Counted from the stretch's first letter, positions 36,441 through 44,916 are shown. The stretch is 64,000 nt of DNA from a virus (IMGVR_UViG_3300020577_013140:20381-84380); one strand, 5' to 3'. Program-made: numbers and translations. The notes: generated by a model not told the origin, from the sequence alone.

Positions 36441-36554
36441 AGCACCTGGTTGGACTCGAACCAACGGCCAGACCTTGCTCCCGGCATTTTGGTCCTTCAC
36501 CATTGCACTCTCGTGCTTGAGGGAGGTCTGCTCTACCAACTGAGCTACAGGGGC
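36441..36554 (-). tRNA. tRNA with 41-nt insertion in the anticodon loop (putative intron; identity unresolved)
   Basis: Canonical acceptor GCCCCTG, D-arm GCTC-AGTTGGTA-GAGC and T-arm GTTGG-TTCGAGT-CCAAC. Anticodon stem GACCT...AGGTC is separated by 48 nt instead of 7. Confidence 0.55.
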
Positions 36555-36559
36555 AAAAG

Positions 36560-36635
36560 TGGTGCATCTGGCGAGACTCGAACTCGCAACTTTTCGGTTA
36601 AGAGCCGATTACTCTACCAATTGAGTTACAGATGC
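36560..36635 (-). tRNA. tRNA-Lys(CTT), CCA encoded
   Basis: Anticodon loop CTCTTAA. Confidence 0.65.
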
Positions 36636-36900
36636 AAAAATCGAAGAGTCATCCACAGAGACCAGTTTTCCTTTGGGGGAAGCGCGCTGAACTCATTCAG
36701 GAAAGGATGACCCGCCTCAATCCTTACTGAGGTGTCCTGCCGTCGGAACCCATCGTATCCGACAACCTGCGTGTACAGGCGATTTTCGGCCGTCGTCCAA
36801 ATGGGTGGAGCGGAGCGGCTAACTTAGCAGCAAATTTGTGGGGAGTACCGTGCACTCACCCTTGCACTCGTCCGTTCGAGTTTATCCCTCGTGAGGAAAG

Positions 36901-36976
36901 TGGTGCGCTCGCCGGGGCTCGAACCCGGGACCTACGGCTTAAAAGGCCGCTGCTCTACCAACTGAGCTACAAGCGC
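36901..36976 (-). tRNA. tRNA-Lys(TTT), CCA encoded
   Basis: Anticodon arm GCGGC-CTTTTAA-GCCGT. Confidence 0.7.
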
Positions 36977-36982
36977 GAAAAC

Positions 36983-37297
36983 TTAAGCCGTCTTGATTTT
37001 GGCAAGAGGTTTGGGAGCCGCCCTATTTGGCGGTGGATTGTTACGTGGTGCCGTGAACTTGGGTGCACCGAGGAGCTCGTCGGCCGCGGCGACCAGAGCA
37101 TCGATCTCGTTGACCCCAGTCAAGGGCGCCTTCTTCTTCCGCTCAGGCGGACGTACAAATCCAATGCGCACAGTGCGCTTTCCCATCGTGTACCCTCCTG
37201 GGCGCATGACGGGAATGTCGAACTCCGTCGACCCTTGGTCGTTCGTACGGAAGTTCTTGAGCGCCGCACGAAAACGTTGGCGTGTGTTCTTGTTCAT
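36983..37297 (-). CDS. hypothetical basic protein (Pro/Lys/Ala-rich C-terminus)
   Basis: Start ATG overlaps the upstream stop (ATGA). Confidence 0.4.
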   Translation of the reverse strand: MNKNTRQRFRAALKNFRTNDQGSTEFDIPVMRPGGYTMGKRTVRIGFVRPPERKKKAPLTGVNEIDALVAAADELLGAPKFTAPRNNPPPNRAAPKPLAKIKTA

Positions 37298-37545
37298 GCT
37301 TTCACCTTCTTCTTGGAGGCGTACTTGGTTTTGCCCGCTGGAGCCTTGACAGGCGTCGGGCTTGTCGGCTGGTTGGGCCTTTCGAGGGCTGCGCGTCGAG
37401 CGGCCGCAACTCGCTTCCAACGCCGCTTGGTCTTAGCGCTGGCGAACTCGTACTTCGAGCCTTCGGCGAGCAGTTGTAGGATGTCGGAGTTGTCCTCAGC
37501 CTTTCCAAGGCGGGCCGACAAACTGAACGGTTTATTTTCAGGCAT
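37294..37545 (-). CDS. Lys/Ala-rich histone-H1-like small basic protein
   Basis: 84-aa ORF ending ..KAPAGKTKYASKKKVKA; trimmed because tRNA-Glu lies at 37580..37655. Confidence 0.4.
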   Translation of the reverse strand: MPENKPFSLSARLGKAEDNSDILQLLAEGSKYEFASAKTKRRWKRVAAARRAALERPNQPTSPTPVKAPAGKTKYASKKKVKA

Positions 37546-37579
37546 GGTGTCAATGATGTTACTCTCTACCAATGGAAAA

Positions 37580-37655
37580 TGGTAGCCGCACTCGGGATTG
37601 AACCGAGTTCCCTGTCGTGAGAGGACAGAATCCTTACCTTCTAGACGATGCGGCC
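37580..37655 (-). tRNA. tRNA-Glu(CTC), CCA encoded
   Basis: Anticodon arm CTGTC-CTCTCAC-GACAG. Confidence 0.65.
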
Positions 37656-37834
37656 AAAAAACTAGGTCTCCCTCACGGGAGCCTAGCAAGAATGACAAAG
37701 TATGTGACGAACAGCTCCCACCAAGCACGTCACTCGTTCGTTTCCGATGCGTTGTTGGACGAGTGGGATTCGACCTCAAGTAAATACTGGACGGCAAGCG
37801 TCCAGGTGCGAGAGGATCCTCGTCATCCTTAAAG

Positions 37835-38191
37835 TTAGAAGCGATGGTTGCAATGGGTGCAAGCCACGCGGAAAATCTTTTCGTCTCTCCAATCACCACC
37901 ATCTCGAATGGGAGGTTGATGGTCGACGGTCGCTTTCTTCTTCAACGGGCCGTCTAACAACAAAGGGCGCCCGCAGCGCCAGCACTTCAATTCACCGTTA
38001 TCCTTGTGGACCTTTTTGAGCCAGCGCCGGCTGATACGATACATCCTTGCGTCAGTGTAGATGCTGTGATCAAGGGCAACGTAATGTCGCGATAACAACA
38101 CTAGACTGGCAAACGATGACGCAACGGGTTTGGTGATCAATACTTTGTGCCGCGACCAGCGGCGCATATATTTGCCTTCTGATCGTGTCAT
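37835..38191 (-). CDS. HNH endonuclease
   Basis: CWRCGRP..VDHQPPIRDGG..ACTHCNHR. Confidence 0.6.
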   Translation of the reverse strand: MTRSEGKYMRRWSRHKVLITKPVASSFASLVLLSRHYVALDHSIYTDARMYRISRRWLKKVHKDNGELKCWRCGRPLLLDGPLKKKATVDHQPPIRDGGDWRDEKIFRVACTHCNHRF

Positions 38192-38200
38192 TGTGATAGT

Positions 38201-38277
38201 TGGTAGCCCTATTGGGATTCGAACCCAACTCTTCGTCGTGAAAGGACGAGATCCTGAGCCGGCTAGACGATAGGGCC
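38201..38277 (-). tRNA. tRNA-Glu(TTC), CCA encoded
   Basis: Anticodon arm TCGTC-CTTTCAC-GACGA. Confidence 0.7.
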
Positions 38278-38420
38278 ATTAAAAGGGAAGTCCGAGAAGA
38301 TAGAACAGAAGCGGGATAAAGAGCATGATCGCTACAACCCAACCGACAACTACCAGTGACGGGTTGTCCCATGGTCCCTCTGGACGCTGTTCTTCTTCGT
38401 CATCAAAGTTGTTAGGAATG

Positions 38421-38726
38421 TCAGCCACAACATTTCTTGTATTTCTTCCCGCTCCCGCAGGAGCAGGGGTCATTGCGTCCGGTCGTTTGAACTTTCACTG
38501 GATGGCGCACAACGTGAACACCTGCCGGAGAGATGTACAGGCCTTTGACTGTTGGGTGTTCGCGGTTTGCGATCTGCCGAAGGATTTCTGCACATACAGG
38601 ATCGCTGTCTTCTACCTTCGCAGGCACAGCCTCTCCCATAAAGTCGGCGTGCATTGAATGAGCTGCAGCATCCACCGCAAGCTGCATCAAAGCAAGGCGC
38701 TCTGGTCGGTTCAAATTACAATTCAT
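38421..38726 (-). CDS. SEC-C motif (YecA-like metal-binding) protein
   Basis: C-terminal [19 protein letters not shown]. Confidence 0.45.
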   Translation of the reverse strand: MNCNLNRPERLALMQLAVDAAAHSMHADFMGEAVPAKVEDSDPVCAEILRQIANREHPTVKGLYISPAGVHVVRHPVKVQTTGRNDPCSCGSGKKYKKCCG

Positions 38727-38736
38727 GTATGATGAA

Positions 38737-38815
38737 TATGGCGGGAGCGACGGGATTCGAACCCGCAGCCTCTACCGTGACAGGGTAACGCTCTAAACCA
38801 TTTGAGCTACGCCCC
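38737..38815 (-). tRNA. tRNA-Asp(GTC), CCA encoded
   Basis: Anticodon arm TTACC-CTGTCAC-GGTAG. Confidence 0.65.
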
Positions 38816-38823
38816 CGCTGAAA

Positions 38824-39189
38824 TTATTCGGTTGTGAGAAGTCTTCCGAATTCGGCCAAGTGATACCGGAAATGTGCCACCACCTTGCTCATATCCAGCA
38901 TGGCCACCATGTGCTGACCGGTCGGATCCGGGCACTCGGACTTGAACCGGTTGTCAGCCAGACGGCGACGGGCCGAGATGTGTTCTGCTTGTTCAAGGCG
39001 CCACTTGTGAAAAGCGCGTGCGCGCTGCATGAATTCAAAGTAGCCAGGAAGACTTTCTGCACGTGTAAGAAACGCGACAGCGTCATGTTCGCCGCTACCA
39101 GTTGGCCGCATTTCCTGCGCCAATGCATTGATAGCGTCGTGTGTGGCCCAGTAATTTTGGGCAACCGTCACCAGTTCAGTTGTTGTCAT
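38824..39189 (-). CDS. hypothetical protein
   Basis: 121-aa ORF. Confidence 0.4.
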   Translation of the reverse strand: MTTTELVTVAQNYWATHDAINALAQEMRPTGSGEHDAVAFLTRAESLPGYFEFMQRARAFHKWRLEQAEHISARRRLADNRFKSECPDPTGQHMVAMLDMSKVVAHFRYHLAEFGRLLTTE

Positions 39190-39199
39190 GAAAATTTGT

Positions 39200-39271
39200 G
39201 GAGCCTAGGGGATTCGAACCCCTGACCTTCTCAATGCCATTGAGACGCTCTACCAACTGAGCTAAGACCCC
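39200..39271 (-). tRNA. tRNA-Ala(GGC)
   Basis: Anticodon arm TCTCA-ATGGCAT-TGAGA; D-arm GCTC-AGTTGGTA-GAGC. Confidence 0.65.
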
Positions 39272-39279
39272 ATTGAAAA

Positions 39280-39756
39280 TCAGATGCCAGGATGCCGCAA
39301 TTCGACCATGGTCAAAACGGCATGTTCGGCCAGTTGTCGACGTATCAACCTTTCGGTGTACTCGGGGTCGTCCAGAGCACGGAGCGCACGAATGATCGCA
39401 CCAGATGCCTGGTGCAGGCATACTCCCGCCGCACCGTTCTTGGGTAACCCGTTTTCACCAACCGCAAGTTGATTGGCGAGAACGTCATATTCATCACTAG
39501 CAGCCTGCAGCTTTGCTTTGATTTCTTCCAGCGTAAGTTGGTTCGACATATTTGTGTGAGGAGGGTGTGCACTGCAGTTTCCGCCCACACATCTGCCAGT
39601 GTGGTCTACACGAATGAAACCACAGCCTTCGCAGAGCGCACTCACATACCTGCCGGCAGCGGTGTCTTCAGCGGTTGAAAGGCCAGAAAGATCCCCGGGT
39701 TCACTGTCTGAGATACCGAGAATATGAACAGAACATTGTCTACAGAAATCTGACAT
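39280..39756 (-). CDS. Cys-rich hypothetical protein
   Basis: 158-aa ORF. Confidence 0.4.
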   Translation of the reverse strand: MSDFCRQCSVHILGISDSEPGDLSGLSTAEDTAAGRYVSALCEGCGFIRVDHTGRCVGGNCSAHPPHTNMSNQLTLEEIKAKLQAASDEYDVLANQLAVGENGLPKNGAAGVCLHQASGAIIRALRALDDPEYTERLIRRQLAEHAVLTMVELRHPGI

Positions 39757-39764
39757 AAAAAAAT

Positions 39765-39836
39765 TGGCCGAGGGAGGGGTCGAACCTCCAATCTATCACT
39801 TACTAGAGCGATTGCTTTACCATTAAGCTACCCGGA
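39765..39836 (-). ncRNA. tRNA-like element (T-arm GGAGG-TTCGACC-CCTCC; acceptor and anticodon arms not resolvable)
   Basis: T-loop signature and tRNA-like spacing, but no canonical acceptor pairing was found. Confidence 0.25.
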
Positions 39837-39840
39837 AAAA

Positions 39841-39915
39841 TGGAGCACCATGAGGGACTTGAACCCTCGTATTCACTTTGGAAGAGTGATGCCTGAGCCT
39901 CTCGGCCAATGGTGC
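39841..39915 (-). tRNA. tRNA-Gly(TCC), CCA encoded
   Basis: Acceptor GCACCAT/ATGGTGC, anticodon arm TCACT-CTTCCAA-AGTGA. Confidence 0.65.
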
Positions 39916-39994
39916 GGGAAGAGGGACTGACGATGCACTGGGCCTCAGGATATACCTTTGGTTGGTGTGCCCCGCATCCGTATCCCTCAAAATA

Positions 39995-40067
39995 TGGAGC
40001 CTAGGGGATTCGAACCCCTGACCTGTTGCTTGCAAAGCAGCCGCTCTACCAACTGAGCTAAGGCCCC
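39995..40067 (-). tRNA. tRNA-Ala(TGC)
   Basis: Anticodon loop TTTGCAA; D-arm GCTC-AGTTGGTA-GAGC. Confidence 0.65.
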
Positions 40068-40265
40068 TGAAAACTAATAGGTCGGTAATCATCGGAGCAC
40101 CTGGGTGCTTAAGCGAGCCCGCCAATGGCGCCACGGCGTCTCTCTACTGTGTTTCCCTGAACTTACCGACCAAGGCATTCACCGTCCTCCGACACCGGAG
40201 GTCCATGATTATACTTGGTTTTCAATCATGTTGAGCCCGCGCGATATTGGGCACGATTACTGAAA

Positions 40266-40339
40266 GTGGCAGGCGGTGTAGGTGTCGAACCTACCTGAAC
40301 GGTTTTGGAGACCATTGTCCTCGCCAGCGAGGCCCGCCT
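40266..40339 (-). tRNA. tRNA-Trp(CCA) with atypically short D-arm, CCA encoded
   Basis: Anticodon arm ATGGT-CTCCAAA-ACCGT matches tRNA-Trp; acceptor AGGCGGG/ACCGCCT-G-CCA. Confidence 0.5.
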
Positions 40340-40351
40340 ATGAAAATTCAC

Positions 40352-40386
40352 TTGGCTAAAAAAAGATCGCGTAAGCCGCGATCTTT
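40352..40386 (-). terminator. Intrinsic terminator (minus strand)
   Basis: GCTAAAAAAA-GATCGCG-TAAGCC-GCGATC. Confidence 0.55.
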
Positions 40387-40404
40387 CGCGTAGCCGCCGC
40401 TGCT

Positions 40405-40923
40405 CTACTTGTCTTGGAGGACTTCCACGGCAGGCTCGTTCGATTGAGTCTGCACGAACTTACGGCTACCGACCCGGTAGATGGCATACGGCCGTCCCCA
40501 GATATCCTTCCGGACCTCGAACGTCCGTGTCATGAGACAGTCGACCGGTGCCAAGGCGGCCTGGCGGTACCAGGGCCCTTGGTGGTCCAGGCTGTTCGAT
40601 AGTTCGAACACGCTCTTGGAATTCTGGTAGCAGATGATCCAATGGATCAGCTTGCAGGCCACCAGGAGGATGCACAGCCGAACGAGCCAGCGGGGGAGGA
40701 ATATCTTTTTGCGATTGTTGTTGTTATTTTTATTCTTACCATTTTTAGGCGGGATTGTTGGAGGACTGCCACCACCAGTCGGAACTGGATTGGCGTTCGC
40801 CGGGGTTGCACCCGGAGGAGGCAGCGTACTCGAGGAGGACGCCGTGGGAGCAGCTTGAAGCTGTGCGTTGCGGGTGTTGAGGCCGGGAACCGCGTCCCCG
40901 ACTGTCGCGAATGAGGTAGTCAT
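40405..40923 (-). CDS. membrane protein with Pro/Asn-rich low-complexity N-terminal region
   Basis: TM helix LVRLCILLVACKLIHWII. Confidence 0.4.
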   Translation of the reverse strand: MTTSFATVGDAVPGLNTRNAQLQAAPTASSSSTLPPPGATPANANPVPTGGGSPPTIPPKNGKNKNNNNNRKKIFLPRWLVRLCILLVACKLIHWIICYQNSKSVFELSNSLDHQGPWYRQAALAPVDCLMTRTFEVRKDIWGRPYAIYRVGSRKFVQTQSNEPAVEVLQDK

Positions 40924-40975
40924 AACAGTAGTATCCGTAGATCAGTCCGCCGTTTGTTAGGTGCGACGGACCTGT

Positions 40976-40989
40976 CAAGCTATTATACC
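40976..40989 (+). promoter_or_regulatory. CAAGnTATTATACC promoter-like motif (copy)
   Basis: caagctattatacc. Confidence 0.3.
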
Positions 40990-41032
40990 ATCTATCGACG
41001 CATAGCCCTACGGGGGGAGGGGAGGGGTGGAG

Positions 41033-41107
41033 CGGGTAGAGGGAATCGAACCCTCACATGGATCTTGGCAAGATCCCAGGCTGGCCGTTACATCATACCC
41101 ACAAAAA
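41033..41107 (-). tRNA. tRNA-Gly(GCC), CCA encoded
   Basis: Anticodon arm GGATC-TTGCCAA-GATCC. Confidence 0.65.
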
Positions 41108-41308
41108 TCAATGACCTCCTCGTTTACCCATTGCCCTTAGGAGGTCGTCAATATACCCACTGCCGTGGATGTTATTGGCCTTCAAGTACTCTTTCCATTT
41201 GGCGATAAACACGGCGCGTGTACGATGGGAAACGGTTCCATTAAATGGAGGCTCGGCGATGATCTTCTCAAATGCCTTCTTCAACTGTTCAATCTGCTCT
41301 TTTTCCAT
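41108..41308 (-). CDS. hypothetical small helical protein
   Basis: 66-aa ORF. Confidence 0.3.
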   Translation of the reverse strand: MEKEQIEQLKKAFEKIIAEPPFNGTVSHRTRAVFIAKWKEYLKANNIHGSGYIDDLLRAMGKRGGH

Positions 41309-41592
41309 GTGGGTGATTATGCCAAACAGTTATTTGATTGCAAGAAAGTAATGGACGTTGGGCGGATACTGACGCTTGGTCAGCCCATACGAGCGAGGTG
41401 TCCGGGCCTGCCTGATGACTTTCGATCCGCCCCTTGGGGGAACCAGTGTGGATCAACTGGTTCCGTGTACAAAGAACATACACCTAAAAGCATTTCTGCA
41501 GCCCACAGGTATTTCAAGGTGGTCTTCGATAGCGTATCGTCCTATCAGACGACCGGAGAGTCACTCCGATTCAAATTGTCCATGTCGATAAC

Positions 41593-41628
41593 AAAAAACC
41601 CCGCCTGGCTTGGCGGGGTGTTTTATTT
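41593..41628. terminator. Bidirectional intrinsic terminator
   Basis: AAAAAA-CCCCGCC-TGGCTTG-GCGGGG-TGTTTT. Confidence 0.55.
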
Positions 41629-41807
41629 CGAAGAGAAGTTATACAACCCGCCTGTGAGTACCCAATTCGTCCGTATTCTGTGACAGCGCAAATGGGTGTA
41701 CTACACAATATGCCCATCCACCGATATCTGTCGGCGCGGAGTGGGTTTGCGATTTTGCAAATCTCTTGTGCATGGTCTTTACAGATTACGGTATCGTTGA
41801 ATAACTG

Positions 41808-42497
41808 TCAACAGGTTTTTCGTTCACAAGTCTGCGAGCGAAATATTCCGTCATCTACGGCATGTACTGGAACGTTTATCTGCCCTGGCGCTGTGTACAC
41901 CAGCGAACGCTGCTGTGCGAACATTGGGTCGGAGTAAACGTACACACCACCAACCTCGTTAAAAAGTGATTGAATCTGCACATCCATTGGGATGTCGCAA
42001 TTCAATCGAGGCAAAGCATGGGCCGCTGCCTTTTTATTTATCATGTAGGCATGGCAGCACATTGGCGGCCACGAAACGCGATCGAAAGATTTGTTCACTG
42101 GCTCGCGCGCTTCGAAGTTACACCAGCAATAGCCCCAATACACAACGTTCCAGTCAGATGGCAGAGCAAAAGCATACGCCTTGAACATCGTGGCCAACGC
42201 GTTGCTTGGGAGTAAAACGTCGTCTTCAAAAATCAAGAAGGCCTTGTGGTCTGAGGCCAACAAGGATTTCCACAGAGCCATATGCCCAAGCTGGCAGCCG
42301 ATCATGCCTGGTGTCATTGATTGTTTTAGCGAGCTCAATTCCATGCGACGGCCGTGGAAGCCGTGAAATGGGCGAGCTGAGAAACCTCGCTCGGTGTTAA
42401 GATGGCGTAACGCAATTTGCTCCCGCTCTGGCGTCTCTGCAAGAGTCAGAACATACGTGGGAGGCAAGCAAAAGTTGTGGAGTCTGGAGAGAAGCAT
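41808..42497 (-). CDS. Glycosyltransferase family 25
   Basis: YVLTLAETPEREQ.. and GCQLGHMALWKSLLASDHKAFLIFEDDVLL. Confidence 0.65.
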   Translation of the reverse strand: MLLSRLHNFCLPPTYVLTLAETPEREQIALRHLNTERGFSARPFHGFHGRRMELSSLKQSMTPGMIGCQLGHMALWKSLLASDHKAFLIFEDDVLLPSNALATMFKAYAFALPSDWNVVYWGYCWCNFEAREPVNKSFDRVSWPPMCCHAYMINKKAAAHALPRLNCDIPMDVQIQSLFNEVGGVYVYSDPMFAQQRSLVYTAPGQINVPVHAVDDGIFRSQTCERKTC

Positions 42498-42514
42498 GGT
42501 ACAATTTTGGCGAA

Positions 42515-44137
42515 ATGAACGTCGCCATTATAGTCATCGCCACAGGTGCGTACACCAAATTCTTCAAAAACCTGTACCAGTCAGTTAAGAAGTATTTCTT
42601 ACCAGGGCACGAGAAAACATTCTTGTTGCTGACTGATAATAAAACTGGTTGGCCAGCTGACGTCAAAGTGTTCCCGGCGCTACATCTTCCTTGGCCACTA
42701 CCTTCTCTACTGCGTTTCGATCGATTTCTGGAACTGGGGCTGGAACAATACGACCTTGTTTACTACTTGGATGCTGATCAAGAAGTAGTTGCAACAATTG
42801 GTAGTGAGGTCATTCCTTCTAAAGGGCAGCTGGTTGCCGTGACGCACCCATGCAGCCAGCATCTAAAAAATGAACTGTTCGAGACCAACCCCGCAAGCGC
42901 TGCTTATTGCAATCCACGGATATTAGGAACCTACTACCATGCCAATTTCTTTGGTGGGTACGCTGCCGATTTCCTGGCCCTGGCAAGGGAGTGTGCGGCC
43001 ACAGTGGCAAAGGACTTCAATAACAAAATCATCGCGAAGTGGGACGATGAATCGCACATGAATCGATATCTGGCGTCTCATCCGCCAAAAGTACTTCCAT
43101 CAACCTACGGCTACCCAAGCTACGATACTACGAACAACCCGGATAAAAAGATCCTCCATTTCGCCAAAGACCAAGACTCTATGCGAGCTTATCGAACAAC
43201 CGGAACAAGTGCTTCCAGGGGTATTGTACTCCTTGCGGCCGGCGCCGCGTGCTATGGTGATTACGCCGCCAACTTTGCTGCCAGCGTATTGAAGTCCGAC
43301 CCGGAAGCCAAGATCACACTGTTCACCACCCCGTCAGCCTCAGAGCATCTCAGCAAGCAACAACGAGGGTACTTCGACAAAATACTACCGGTGCCACGGG
43401 AGACATTGTACGTAAACAACATTCCCTATTACAACCGATTCAAATTGTTTCTGCCGCATATTTCTCCTTATGACGAGTCGTTGTATTTTGACGTCGATTC
43501 GTTATGGGTTTCCAACACGCCTGTTGGTCAGCTGTTCGATTTCATGAAGGTACATAAAACTCCAATAGGCGGGCAATGTGAGGCAGTTGTGCCAATAAAT
43601 GAGGCAGCAGTATTGTTCAAAGGGATTAAGGACTTGAAGCCTCTTGAGGCGTTTCATCCGGCCTTGACCTTTACAAACAAAAACTTCTACCAGCTTCACG
43701 GACAATGTCTGTATTGCACAAAAACTGCCACAGCCATTCAAGTGTTCGACATGGCTTTACGGTTATTCGATGCGATGTTGAAGAACGAGCTCACTTCTTC
43801 CGTGTACTGGGTTTGGCACGGTCAACCCCTTGAAGAGCTATGTATCACACTCGCCACCGGCATGGTTAATGTGCATGTGCCAGACGCGGTCACAAAGATT
43901 GCACCGGTCTCAGTGCAGAGCGACGGGTTGAAGGAAATTGATCCCTTCTCTACCACTCGGTTTGTCATTTCCATCATTGGGTACAACACGCATGCCGAGG
44001 CCCAGAAGGTAGGCGGATACTGTATGGGAGAGGAAGTAACTGCCTTGTACGTCGGCCATTACAACAATAAGATTGACCAGTTGCGCCAGGCAGGGTACGA
44101 CGTGCACCATTACACCTCAAAAACTGTTCAGCTATGA
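42515..44137 (+). CDS. Two-domain nucleotide-sugar glycosyltransferase (GT-A fold, DxD motifs LDAD and FDVD)
   Basis: 540-aa ORF; GT8-like second half. Confidence 0.55.
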   Translation: MNVAIIVIATGAYTKFFKNLYQSVKKYFLPGHEKTFLLLTDNKTGWPADVKVFPALHLPWPLPSLLRFDRFLELGLEQYDLVYYLDADQEVVATIGSEVIPSKGQLVAVTHPCSQHLKNELFETNPASAAYCNPRILGTYYHANFFGGYAADFLALARECAATVAKDFNNKIIAKWDDESHMNRYLASHPPKVLPSTYGYPSYDTTNNPDKKILHFAKDQDSMRAYRTTGTSASRGIVLLAAGAACYGDYAANFAASVLKSDPEAKITLFTTPSASEHLSKQQRGYFDKILPVPRETLYVNNIPYYNRFKLFLPHISPYDESLYFDVDSLWVSNTPVGQLFDFMKVHKTPIGGQCEAVVPINEAAVLFKGIKDLKPLEAFHPALTFTNKNFYQLHGQCLYCTKTATAIQVFDMALRLFDAMLKNELTSSVYWVWHGQPLEELCITLATGMVNVHVPDAVTKIAPVSVQSDGLKEIDPFSTTRFVISIIGYNTHAEAQKVGGYCMGEEVTALYVGHYNNKIDQLRQAGYDVHHYTSKTVQL

Positions 44138-44916
44138 TCCCAAAGCGCATTCATTTCATATTCGGGCTTCGAGAAGACTTCGGTGGTAAGCCTTGGTCCA
44201 TGATCCACTACCTTGCGGTTGCTTCTGCGAAAGAGATCAACCCTGAGTACGAAGTCATGATGCACGCCAAGTATGAGCCGAAGGGGAACTTCTGGTGGGA
44301 CGCAACCAAAGCGATGGTGACGATGGTCCCTGTCGAAGAGGTCCCGATGAGTATTTTCGGTAAGCCAATCAAAAACCACGCACACTCAGCAGACGTACTC
44401 AGACTACGCGCGATTCAGAAATATGGCGGCATCTACCTCGACTCCGACACAATCTGCGTCAAGCCATTTGACCCATTGTTGTCTCATGAGTTTGTAATGG
44501 GTGTGGAGAAGTTCGAGGGACACATAAACGGGCTGTGCAATGCAGTCATCATGAGCGCACCCAATGCTCCCTTTCTGGATCACTGGTACAACGCCTACCA
44601 TGAGTTTAATCCTGATGGTTGGATTGAAATCTCAGTACAAAAACCGATGGCGTTATCTCAGCAATTTCCTGACCTGATACATATTGAGCCGAACGAGAGT
44701 TTTTTCAAGTTCGACTGGTCCCAAAAGCATGTTGCGATGCTACATGACGGAGTAGCTGACGTCAGTGATTGCTACTCCATCCACCTATGGGAAACCATCG
44801 TATGGCGAGAAATACTCAGCGGGCTAGATCCAGTTAAGCTGCTGAGGAAGACGACGACATATTCAACGTTGGCACGGCGTCACCTACAGCGTTTTGGATC
44901 AACAGCGTTCGCTTGA
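44134..44916 (+). CDS. Glycosyltransferase family 32 (DXD sugar-binding region)
   Basis: IHFIFG.. and LRAIQKYGGIYLDSDTICVKPFDPL. Confidence 0.65.
   Translation: MIPKRIHFIFGLREDFGGKPWSMIHYLAVASAKEINPEYEVMMHAKYEPKGNFWWDATKAMVTMVPVEEVPMSIFGKPIKNHAHSADVLRLRAIQKYGGIYLDSDTICVKPFDPLLSHEFVMGVEKFEGHINGLCNAVIMSAPNAPFLDHWYNAYHEFNPDGWIEISVQKPMALSQQFPDLIHIEPNESFFKFDWSQKHVAMLHDGVADVSDCYSIHLWETIVWREILSGLDPVKLLRKTTTYSTLARRHLQRFGSTAFA

Noticed and set aside
36441-36554. Group I self-splicing intron in a tRNA
   Set aside because: The insertion is only 41 nt, far below the roughly 200-nt minimum of group I introns, and no P/Q/R/S core elements are apparent. It is retained as a short protein-dependent-type intron candidate instead.
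41165-41683. 172-aa plus-strand ORF
   Set aside because: It runs straight through a strong bidirectional intrinsic terminator (41593..41628) and has a poor amino-acid composition. The overlapping 66-aa minus-strand ORF is more plausible.
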